From a virus (lineage: Duplodnaviria; Caudoviricetes), in IMG/VR virus record IMGVR_UViG_3300032561_000023, positions 1-61,592 of that record: a DNA stretch of 61,592 nt; one strand, written 5' to 3'. Shown piece after piece: positions 30,040-38,265 of this stretch. A program made the position numbers and the translations under genes. Positions within the stretch are counted from its first letter, which is position 1; every line of letters begins with the position of its first letter. Under the pieces are notes generated by a model, which was not told where the DNA came from, ran no database searches, and was given only the letters and a program-made list of their open reading frames with translations.

Positions 30040-30429
30040 ATGACAACACCTTCCGGAACAATATACATCAGCCAAGTTGACGGCGAAATTGGACTACCAA
30101 ATAGTAGTCCATATTCTAACCTAAGTTTCTTGAACGGCTATGTTATTCCTGGTCAGCGCGATTCATATCCTGATATGAACGAAATGCGTAACAGAGCATA
30201 CTACCAGTCAAATAACAAAGGCAACTGTAACAACGGTAACTGCGGAAATTGTAATTGTAATTGCGGTAATATCTGTTGCTATAACTGTTATATTAATGGT
30301 CACATTAATTGTACAAACTGCGACGGACAAAACTGGTTACAAAACAACTGTAATTGTAACTGTACCTATAATTGCAATTATGCTTCAGGATCATATAACT
30401 GTAATTGTAATTGTAACTGTAATTGTTAA
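30040..30429 (+). CDS. Cys/Asn-rich protein; putative radical SAM substrate or fibre-tip protein
   Basis: 129 aa. No Cys in residues 1-62, 19 Cys in residues 63-129, 17 of them as Asn-Cys. Starts 3 nt after the fibre gene and lies directly before the rSAM gene. Confidence 0.75.
   Translation: MTTPSGTIYISQVDGEIGLPNSSPYSNLSFLNGYVIPGQRDSYPDMNEMRNRAYYQSNNKGNCNNGNCGNCNCNCGNICCYNCYINGHINCTNCDGQNWLQNNCNCNCTYNCNYASGSYNCNCNCNCNC
30397..30426 (+). repeat. Coding hexamer tandem repeat (AAYTGT)x5 encoding NCNCNCNCNC
   Basis: aactgt aattgt aattgt aactgt aattgt immediately before the stop. Shorter runs near 30247-30264 and 30346-30363. Confidence 0.85.
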
Positions 30430-30445
30430 CAAGACAAGGAACAAC

Positions 30446-31924
30446 ATGATTTTTGAAATTCTGGCAGAAAGATATGGTACTGGCGTTACCGATCAAAAGA
30501 CATTTTTTTACGATAACGAAAAAAATATCTTAAGTGATGAAACTGGTTATATCTGGGAATATCCTAACACCTACGCTAATTCAACATTTATACAAGATGT
30601 TCCATATAAGCCATTTGATAAAAATAATCCTTTGAAAAAATCAAAGGATGTACGTACAGTAAAAATTCAAATGGGGTTATCTTGTAATTACAGTTGTGAT
30701 TATTGCAGTCAGAAATTTGTCGAACGTCCACGTGAAACTAACGCTAAAGATATTGAAAACTTTATGGAGTTATTCAATAACTTAAATTTTAGCGAAGATC
30801 GTGGATTACGTGTTGAGTTCTGGGGCGGCGAGCCATTTGTTTATTGGAAAACAATGAAACCATTGGCCGAAGCTATTGCAGAAAGATTTAAAGACTGGAA
30901 AAATAAACCATCATTTAGCGTTATTACTAATGGTAGTTTGTTAACAGAAGAAAATTGTGCATGGTTATATAGCATGGGATTCCACGTTGCTGTCAGTCAC
31001 GACGGTCCTGGACAATTCACTCGCGGACCAGACCCGTTTGAAGATCCTAAAAAACGTGAAGTTGTATTAGATTTATATCAAATTTTACGTCCTTTAAACC
31101 GTATGAGCTTTAACTCTATGTTAAGTTATAAAAATCAAAGTCGTAAAGCAATTTATGATTGGTTTGTCGACTTTACAAATGATCCAAGTGTATTGTTAGG
31201 CGAAGGAACATTTGTAGATGCATACGATGAAGACGGTTTAGAAAATTCACTTAAAACAAAAGCAGATCATTTTGCCTTTAGACAACGTTCTTTTGGGGAA
31301 ATATTTGGAACTAATGGAGAAATTGGTTTTACAGGTATACTTGGTAAGATTGATAATTTTACAGAAGACTTGTTAACACATCGAGAAGCAGATTATCTCG
31401 GTCAAAAATGCGGCATGGACAGTGAAGAAACTGTTGCATTTGACCTACGTGGAAATGTAATTACATGTCAAAACGTAAGTGCATTAGAAACAGGTAAAAA
31501 TGGTGAACCACATTTAAGCGGTAACATTGCAAATATCGAAGATGTTTCAATTTCAACAAGTACACACTGGTCAAACCGTAAAGAATGTCCAGAGTGCCCC
31601 GTATTACATATTTGTAAAGGTGCATGTATGTTCTTAGATGGCGTTTACTGGAAAGCTAGTTGTAACAATGCCTACTCAGATAACGTGCCATTGTTCGCCG
31701 CAAGTATTGAAAAAATTACAGGCTACATTCCTGTATTAATTAAGAGCGATACATTACCTTTAGATCGTCAAGATATCTGGGGTAATATATACAAACACGA
31801 AGAAGAACAACCAAAGAAAATTATACCAATTAAGGTAGTCAGTGAAAAAGTTGCGGTAATCGATAACATCGAAGTTTACGGCAAAAGTTCCCTGATAAAT
31901 ACTACAGAAGAATCAGGAGCATGA
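30446..31924 (+). CDS. Radical SAM enzyme with SPASM domain (peptide/protein maturase type)
   Basis: Motifs CNYSCDYC, FWGGEP, ITNGSLL and VSHDG. SPASM Cys set KCG..ITCQ..CPECPVLHICKGAC..C. Start moved to ATG 30446 (AAGGA SD), giving 492 aa. Confidence 0.92.
   Translation: MIFEILAERYGTGVTDQKTFFYDNEKNILSDETGYIWEYPNTYANSTFIQDVPYKPFDKNNPLKKSKDVRTVKIQMGLSCNYSCDYCSQKFVERPRETNAKDIENFMELFNNLNFSEDRGLRVEFWGGEPFVYWKTMKPLAEAIAERFKDWKNKPSFSVITNGSLLTEENCAWLYSMGFHVAVSHDGPGQFTRGPDPFEDPKKREVVLDLYQILRPLNRMSFNSMLSYKNQSRKAIYDWFVDFTNDPSVLLGEGTFVDAYDEDGLENSLKTKADHFAFRQRSFGEIFGTNGEIGFTGILGKIDNFTEDLLTHREADYLGQKCGMDSEETVAFDLRGNVITCQNVSALETGKNGEPHLSGNIANIEDVSISTSTHWSNRKECPECPVLHICKGACMFLDGVYWKASCNNAYSDNVPLFAASIEKITGYIPVLIKSDTLPLDRQDIWGNIYKHEEEQPKKIIPIKVVSEKVAVIDNIEVYGKSSLINTTEESGA
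31896..31901 (+). promoter_or_regulatory. Late-promoter-like TAAATA box inside the 3' end of the rSAM gene
   Basis: GATAAATA 24 nt before ATG 31926, with AGGAG SD in between. Confidence 0.45.
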
Positions 31925-31925
31925 A

Positions 31926-32846
31926 ATGAATTTATACTTGGCAAACGGAACTAACAGATTATATGCATTATCAATTCAACTTGACGAGTCAAGTTTGACT
32001 TATAAGACATATGATGTGTATGAAACAATTAAATTAAAGCAATTCTGGGAAACACAAACAGGTAACGTATTACCTGGATCTTTATTTGATAAAGCACCTA
32101 CACCTGCTATAACACCTGCATGGGTTACTGAAACATATTCAGTTTACGAAAGCCAATCACCTGAATCGCAAACTATTAATTTTTCGGACATTCAAGGTTT
32201 ATCTGATTTTTCAGATCACGGTATTTTCATGTTGTATTCACCAGATTCTCCGTCTTATGTTTCTCCGATTAGACCAACGGCTCCTTCTTCGGTGCCAGCA
32301 GGAAAAACATCGATTAGAGTTCCACTTCATAACGGATACGCACTGACTACTGGTTCAAAAATGAGTCCATTTGTTCATAGTGCATTTAATAACAATATTG
32401 CTATGATTGCAATATGTGTGCCATTTGCAAGTGCTCCAGTTGATCAATGGTCAATTGTGTTTAACGTGAAAGATTCTAGTTTGTTTAAGTTAACATCTGG
32501 ACAAGCAACAACACCAATGCAAGGAAATAGCGTTGGTAAATTTACAAAAAGTTTATTACCTAAAGTATGGTTTACTAATAAAACTATGACTGTAACTGCT
32601 GATGGATTTGTTGATGTTCCTTTTTACTTAGGAGATTCAACAGGAAATCCTATCACACAATCAGATGCAACTGTATATTTGAAAACCACAGCAGGACAGT
32701 TAAACAAACAACAAGTTACCACAATTAATGGTCAAGGTACTGTTCGTTTAATTGCAAGTCATTTAGTTTCTGGAGAAACTGCAACTATTAGTTGCGGATT
32801 TAAATTATTCTCGGGAACAGACGATTGCGTTGTCACTGTAAATTAA
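31926..32846 (+). CDS. Hypothetical protein with probable C-terminal Ig-like beta-sandwich
   Basis: 306 aa. The C-terminal ~95 aa alternate like Big-1-type strands (GNPI....VYLKTTAGQLN..QVTT.NGQGTVRL). Confidence 0.55.
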   Translation: MNLYLANGTNRLYALSIQLDESSLTYKTYDVYETIKLKQFWETQTGNVLPGSLFDKAPTPAITPAWVTETYSVYESQSPESQTINFSDIQGLSDFSDHGIFMLYSPDSPSYVSPIRPTAPSSVPAGKTSIRVPLHNGYALTTGSKMSPFVHSAFNNNIAMIAICVPFASAPVDQWSIVFNVKDSSLFKLTSGQATTPMQGNSVGKFTKSLLPKVWFTNKTMTVTADGFVDVPFYLGDSTGNPITQSDATVYLKTTAGQLNKQQVTTINGQGTVRLIASHLVSGETATISCGFKLFSGTDDCVVTVN

Positions 32847-32853
32847 GGAAAAT

Positions 32854-34065
32854 ATGAAAATAGGAATTGTAGGTTCTGGAACCGCCAGCGCAGTTTCACT
32901 ATTAAAAATATTTGAACAACTCGAAAAACATCAATGTAAGCATGTTGATGTTTTTTGCATTTATGATCCTAACATTCCTATCACTACGGTAGGGGAAAGC
33001 ACTAGTTCGTTATTGCCAATCTTGTTATACAACGTAGCAAATTTTTCAATAACCGAAGAAATGCAACATTTTGATGGTACATTAAGATGGGGTACTCGAT
33101 ACTATTGGAAAGATGCTAACGATACAGAGTTTTTTGTTAAAAACGGTATACCAGGTTTGCACGTTAATAGTGAAAAATTTAGTAGATTTGTAATTAATAG
33201 GCTAGATGAAATTTACGAAAACTTTAGCCAGATACATGGCAACGTATCTAGTATGACACAAGATGCATATAAAGTTACGGCAGTCATCGATGATGTTGAA
33301 CATAAATTTGATTTTTTAATCGATTGCAGAGGAAATCCAACAGAAGAAGAATTGAATAGTGGCGCATACAGCTTTCCTCAATTTGAAACAGTTAATTCTG
33401 TTATATTATATCCAGATTTTAAAGAATATAATGAAGATATTACATCAGCGTATGTACATGAAGATGGGTGGATGTTCGGAGTTCCACTAACACATCGAAA
33501 AGCGTTTGGATATTTGTACAATAAAAACTTTACAAGTCACGAAGAAGCAAGTGAAAAATTTGCAAAATTAAAAGGTATCGATACAATTAATCTAAGAAGA
33601 TTCAGTTGGAGACAGTATTATAAAAATACTGCTATGGACGGAAGAATTATGTCTATGGGAAATCGATTACAATTCTTTGAACCTGCACAAGCATTGCCGT
33701 TACATTATTACATTAATTTAACAATGGAATTCATTAGTCGAATTATTAATAATAATTTAGACGTACATAAGATGAATATACAATTAAATTTTGACCATAG
33801 AAAAAATATAGAAGGAATGCAAAATTTAATTGCATTAAATTATTGCGGGTCTTGTAATATTAAAAGTCCGTTCTGGGAATATGCTACAATTAACTCAAGA
33901 AAACGTCTAAAAAATTCTCAACAGTTTCAACAATATTTAAGAGACTGTGAAAAATCTGAAAAAATTGAAATATACTGGTGGCATAACGCCCAGTTAATGA
34001 AAGAATACATTGACGGATTTGGAATTAAATTAGATCAACTAAGTCAAAAACAGTCTGCAACTTAG
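32854..34065 (+). CDS. Tryptophan-halogenase-like flavoprotein (divergent)
   Basis: Motifs IGIVGSGTAS, VGEST, FDFLIDCRG, GWMFGVPL..R..FGYLY and GNRLQFFEP follow the PrnA-family order. Confidence 0.8.
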   Translation: MKIGIVGSGTASAVSLLKIFEQLEKHQCKHVDVFCIYDPNIPITTVGESTSSLLPILLYNVANFSITEEMQHFDGTLRWGTRYYWKDANDTEFFVKNGIPGLHVNSEKFSRFVINRLDEIYENFSQIHGNVSSMTQDAYKVTAVIDDVEHKFDFLIDCRGNPTEEELNSGAYSFPQFETVNSVILYPDFKEYNEDITSAYVHEDGWMFGVPLTHRKAFGYLYNKNFTSHEEASEKFAKLKGIDTINLRRFSWRQYYKNTAMDGRIMSMGNRLQFFEPAQALPLHYYINLTMEFISRIINNNLDVHKMNIQLNFDHRKNIEGMQNLIALNYCGSCNIKSPFWEYATINSRKRLKNSQQFQQYLRDCEKSEKIEIYWWHNAQLMKEYIDGFGIKLDQLSQKQSAT

Positions 34066-34474
34066 TTCTTATTGTTTTGCTACTAAAACTGTTACGTAAC
34101 CCTTGGTGCAAAGGTTTAGGAGCACGATCGATAGTAGTCCATGCCCATCCAATATGTTCGTCACTTAGTGTTGGAATAAATTCAGATTCTATCACACACA
34201 AGTATGTGTGGAAATTAAAAACTTTGTCGTTACTAACAAATGTTTCTAGAGGTATAGTTTTAATTATATTAGGTACAGCGCCTATTTCTTCTTTAATTTC
34301 ACGTTGTAAACCTTGCCAAGGTGTTTCTCCAGTGATATTAGTACCACCTACTAGCCCCCAAGTGCCTTCGTGTTTACCGTGACTTTTTTGAAGAAGTAAA
34401 AATCGTTGTGTAGACTTTGCATAAAACAATGCACCACTACAAACAATTTGTTCTTTTACAATACTATTTTCCAT
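34025..34474 (-). CDS. Nudix hydrolase
   Basis: Nudix box GGTNITGETPWQGLQREIKEEIG; LSDEH..WAW. Exact start uncertain. Confidence 0.9.
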   Translation of the reverse strand: MENSIVKEQIVCSGALFYAKSTQRFLLLQKSHGKHEGTWGLVGGTNITGETPWQGLQREIKEEIGAVPNIIKTIPLETFVSNDKVFNFHTYLCVIESEFIPTLSDEHIGWAWTTIDRAPKPLHQGLRNSFSSKTIRTKLQTVFDLVDLI

Positions 34475-35916
34475 TGGCCGGCACCATATTCACCTTCAAA
34501 GCTCTTAACCCATGAAACACCATTCCATGTGTATTGAACTCCAGTGTATATATTCGTTTGCCATACCATAGTATCCGATTCTTGACTTGCATTAAAAATA
34601 ACATGCCATGCAGATCCGGTATATTCTATAATATCGTTTGCATGTGCTACTAAATTACCCCACACAACCGCAGGTGTTGTATTGCTTGCATTTCCAATAT
34701 CTTCAATAATTAAATATCTAGTACCAGCAGTAGGGCTATTAGGTGTATATGTTTGTGGATTAATAATAGCATCAAATGTACCAGGACTGTTTGGTCTATA
34801 ACTAGTAGATGCATTATATCCAGCATCTGTTTCTAGTTTACCAGTACTATCTATACCAGTATTTGATGTAAGTGTATCTGGATTCCAATTAACTTGTAGT
34901 ACTGTTGGGTTAGTAGGATTAACAGCAATAGTTCCGATAACATAAGTACCATTCGGTTGCAATAAGTATAGCATACTCGATCCTGCAACATATTGACCAG
35001 TGAATAATTGGAACAAACTTAACCAATCTTGGGGCGTACCGGTGGCTGTTGGAATACTCAGTGTTGGTTCTGGAGGAACTATACCTGCTGTACTTTCTAA
35101 TAATGTTGCTTGATTGTCGTAAACTTGAATTTTAAATCCGGTAACAGTAACAGTTTCTGAAGAAATTAAATCACTAAAAGACGGACTATTTCCATCTGTT
35201 TGCAATGTTGGATCTATACCAAGTCCATCAATGTACCCTGCAGGATAATTTGAATTGTTGCTGTATAAACTTGTGATAATTTTTGTAATAACACCAAGAT
35301 GTTTGACCTTAACTGGAGGACTAATCCATATAGGAGTATCTAAAGTCAGCGTTGCAACATCAATTGGAGTATCGGTACCAACGGGCACTTGTTTACTACC
35401 CCATACTACGTCACCTAAATTAAGAACAGTTAAGCTGGTCCAGTCAATGTAGTTGTCTGTAGTTTGTAATTCTAAACTAGGATTGAATAATACCAATACT
35501 TGTTCAAGTATTTGTAATTTTTGATCAGTACTACTTGTCCAAATATCGCATTTCATTTTTAAATTAAACGGAGTTGGCATTAGGCGTTCAACAGTATAGT
35601 TACGTCCTTGCGCTCCAGTATAACTTCCATCGTTAACATCTCTTTCACGGAAATTTAATTTTCCAACATACGTTTGATCAGCAAGACGATTGCGGTCTAA
35701 TTCTAAACCTGTTATGTAAACACTAATACGTGGAATACTATTAACAGCATTTTCACTGTTCATACGCATGATACTAGCTACTTGTCTGTCTGCATCTCCG
35801 TACAAAACAGGTACTTGATGTAGTGTTCCGTCACCATATTTGACCACAAAATTGCTAAACACACGCATTGTTTGTGTCAAATATCTTCTTACTTGTCCGT
35901 CATAGAACCATTGCAT
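34456..35916 (-). CDS. Tail sheath stabiliser / tail terminator (T4 gp15-like) with C-terminal extension
   Basis: Motifs FYDGQVRRYL..F, VPVLYG, PRISVYITGLELD..R, MPTPFNL and QILEQVLVLFNP. Adjacent to the neck genes. Confidence 0.75.
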   Translation of the reverse strand: MQWFYDGQVRRYLTQTMRVFSNFVVKYGDGTLHQVPVLYGDADRQVASIMRMNSENAVNSIPRISVYITGLELDRNRLADQTYVGKLNFRERDVNDGSYTGAQGRNYTVERLMPTPFNLKMKCDIWTSSTDQKLQILEQVLVLFNPSLELQTTDNYIDWTSLTVLNLGDVVWGSKQVPVGTDTPIDVATLTLDTPIWISPPVKVKHLGVITKIITSLYSNNSNYPAGYIDGLGIDPTLQTDGNSPSFSDLISSETVTVTGFKIQVYDNQATLLESTAGIVPPEPTLSIPTATGTPQDWLSLFQLFTGQYVAGSSMLYLLQPNGTYVIGTIAVNPTNPTVLQVNWNPDTLTSNTGIDSTGKLETDAGYNASTSYRPNSPGTFDAIINPQTYTPNSPTAGTRYLIIEDIGNASNTTPAVVWGNLVAHANDIIEYTGSAWHVIFNASQESDTMVWQTNIYTGVQYTWNGVSWVKSFEGEYGAGQWKIVL

Positions 35917-37376
35917 TATAAATCCGCCCTAGGTTTAAGAGCAGTAGACAAACTTTGTCGTTGTGCATCTCTTGTGTTATATAGTGTCACAGTCCATTGA
36001 CCATCACTAGGTATGGTTTGTTGTGTATCGTCAATTACAGGCAACGTAATTCTTAAACAAGTAGTTTGTATTCCTGCTGGACTTGTGTAAACATATGAAC
36101 TATACAACGATGGATAATCGCTTAATGCAAATTCAAGTTGTGTTGGACCAGATTTAATAACAGCATATGGAATTGCATTATTGATTGCAAATAAAATTCT
36201 AGTGTTTACTTGAGTCGCCCCTTGTGTTAGTGTAACAACATCACTGGCCACTTGACTATTATATGTGTAACTGGTGTTATTGATAAAGCCAGTTTTTAGT
36301 GTTTGTCTTGTATCATTGTTTGTCATATTCATTCTAACAGCATCTTCAACTTTAATCCACCCACTTGATTTTTGATCAAAGCGGAATAATCTGTTAGGTA
36401 AAAAATCTGTGCGTAAAAAGAAATCATCTGCACCTGGATTTTCAGGAAATTGAATACCAAATCCAAATGCATAACCGTTAACAGGATAACCATCACCGAT
36501 TAAGTAACCAGTATAACCTGTACGTACAGGTCTAGCATTATTTTCGTTAGCAAGATAACTAACCTGACTTGCATCTAATGATGTTTCATCGACGGTTTCT
36601 AATAATGGTTTGCCAGTATTAGGATCGACAGCAAGCGTATAAAATTGTCTAGTTTCATATCCACTCTTAGGAGCATCGGCTTCTGCTTGTGCTACAATCT
36701 GCTGATTAATTTCGATTTCTTTATTAAACGTACTCAGCAAATCTTTTAGAGTTACATTAGCACCCACAATAGGATCACCGTTAGCATCTGTAGCTTGTTG
36801 ATTAAAGATAGTATCAAATTGTTGGCTATCTGTAACACGTTTAAGTTTTAATCTATATAAATGTGGGAACCAAGTTACACTAAATCCTTCACTTGCACGA
36901 CCTACATCAGTAACAGTATAGTATCTTGGCAAACTAACATCATAATTATTAAGAGCAAAATCATCTCTTAAATGGGGTAACTCTAATACATCGCCGCTAA
37001 TAGGTTTACGTCCTATAGTTTTAACAATGTCATTAATATGTACGGTCATGTACAATGTGTCATTATCAATAAACAAACCAAATTGACTTAAATTAAAATC
37101 AATATTTTGTACATTGTACATGCCTCGAATTCTGTAAATTTCATTATCGTACGTGCTATCGCGATTTTCCAAGAAAAGCAAATCTTGAATATTTGTAGGT
37201 TGGGCACTAGGATAATTAGGCTGATCAGCAGTGGCATTTGTTGGGTCGGTATTAGCACCTAAATACTTGTGCCAATAGACATCGGTTCCTCCCGCTTGGA
37301 ACATTTCGCTAGCTTGACGATCTATGAATTTATAGTCGTTGCCTTTTTCTGGTTTGTATAAGGATAATCGTGGCAT
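35916..37376 (-). CDS. Neck / head-completion protein (T4 gp14-like), extended
   Basis: Motifs DLLFLENRD..Y, LSQFGLFIDND and GDVLELPH. Coupled to the gp15-like gene. Confidence 0.7.
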   Translation of the reverse strand: MPRLSLYKPEKGNDYKFIDRQASEMFQAGGTDVYWHKYLGANTDPTNATADQPNYPSAQPTNIQDLLFLENRDSTYDNEIYRIRGMYNVQNIDFNLSQFGLFIDNDTLYMTVHINDIVKTIGRKPISGDVLELPHLRDDFALNNYDVSLPRYYTVTDVGRASEGFSVTWFPHLYRLKLKRVTDSQQFDTIFNQQATDANGDPIVGANVTLKDLLSTFNKEIEINQQIVAQAEADAPKSGYETRQFYTLAVDPNTGKPLLETVDETSLDASQVSYLANENNARPVRTGYTGYLIGDGYPVNGYAFGFGIQFPENPGADDFFLRTDFLPNRLFRFDQKSSGWIKVEDAVRMNMTNNDTRQTLKTGFINNTSYTYNSQVASDVVTLTQGATQVNTRILFAINNAIPYAVIKSGPTQLEFALSDYPSLYSSYVYTSPAGIQTTCLRITLPVIDDTQQTIPSDGQWTVTLYNTRDAQRQSLSTALKPRADL

Positions 37377-37381
37377 ATTGA

Positions 37382-37401
37382 TATTTATCGTTAGCTAAAT
37401 A
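37382..37401. promoter_or_regulatory. Back-to-back divergent TAAATA late-promoter boxes
   Basis: TATTTA at 37382-37387 (minus-strand TAAATA) and TAAATA at 37396-37401, in a 42-bp gap between divergent neck genes. Confidence 0.65.
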
Positions 37402-37418
37402 TACTAGGAGAGTAAAAA

Positions 37419-38204
37419 ATGGACGATTTACCATCAACTACGCAGAGTAATTCCACTGTAGAAAGAAATAAGGTTTTTGACTATATAAAAACCATGCTTG
37501 GCGACGGCATGATTGATGTCGAATTAGATCCTAAACATATGGAAATTGCGTTAGATCGTGCATTAACTCGTTATCGTCAAAGAAGTAGTAATAGCGTAGA
37601 AGAAAGTTATTTGTTTTTAGAACTCATACAGGATCAAAACGAATATAGATTACCCGACGAAGTTATAAGTGTTAGACAAGTATTTCGTCGAGCTATTGGT
37701 TCAAGAAGTGGTATAGGTGCAGGCGGAACATTGTTCGAGCCGTTCAACTTGGCGTACACTAACACTTACTTGATGTCAGGTAGTATGATGGGTGGCCTAG
37801 CAACTTATGATGCTTTTGCTGGCTATCAAAAATTAGTAGGACGTATGTTTGGTAGTTATATCGAATTCCTCTGGAAACCAACCACACATATTTTAAATAT
37901 TTTACAACGTCCTTTTGCTCAAGGCGAACAAATTCTCATTCAAAGCTATAATTATCGTCCCGACTGGGTTCTGTTACAAGATCCTTATGCTAAACAGTGG
38001 TTAAAGGACTATGCACTTGCCACAGCTAAAGGCATGCTAGGAGAAGCACGTAGTAAATTTGGGTCAATTGCAGGTCCCGGTAGTCCTATTACACTAAATG
38101 GAACTGCCCTTTTAACTGATTCAAAAGCCGAATTAGAAAAATTAGACAAAGAAATTGAAACTCTAGTTAGCGGCGGAACGGGCTATTATTTCATAACTGG
38201 CTAA
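37419..38204 (+). CDS. Neck protein (T4 gp13-like)
   Basis: LG..MIDVELD...WLKDYALATAK..LGEARSKF....GP...ITLNG. AGGAG SD. Confidence 0.8.
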   Translation: MDDLPSTTQSNSTVERNKVFDYIKTMLGDGMIDVELDPKHMEIALDRALTRYRQRSSNSVEESYLFLELIQDQNEYRLPDEVISVRQVFRRAIGSRSGIGAGGTLFEPFNLAYTNTYLMSGSMMGGLATYDAFAGYQKLVGRMFGSYIEFLWKPTTHILNILQRPFAQGEQILIQSYNYRPDWVLLQDPYAKQWLKDYALATAKGMLGEARSKFGSIAGPGSPITLNGTALLTDSKAELEKLDKEIETLVSGGTGYYFITG

Positions 38205-38212
38205 GAAAATTC

Positions 38213-38242
38213 TTGACCCCTGTAATAAAAGTGTTATATACT
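38213..38242 (+). promoter_or_regulatory. Sigma70-like promoter for dNMP kinase
   Basis: TTGACC at 38213-38218 and TATACT at 38237-38242, 18-bp spacer. Confidence 0.6.
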
Positions 38243-38265
38243 AGCACTACTTACAGGGGATTCTT

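Noticed and set aside
30220-30429. AAY-rich repeat as a DGR template/variable repeat or CRISPR-like array
   Set aside because: There is no reverse transcriptase, no second near-identical copy and no spacers in the window. The repeat is explained by Asn-Cys coding.
30296-30445. 50-aa N-terminal extension of the rSAM ORF (VIVIVTVIV, membrane-like)
   Set aside because: It is an off-frame reading of the NC repeat. ATG 30446 has an AAGGA SD just after the Cys-rich gene's stop.
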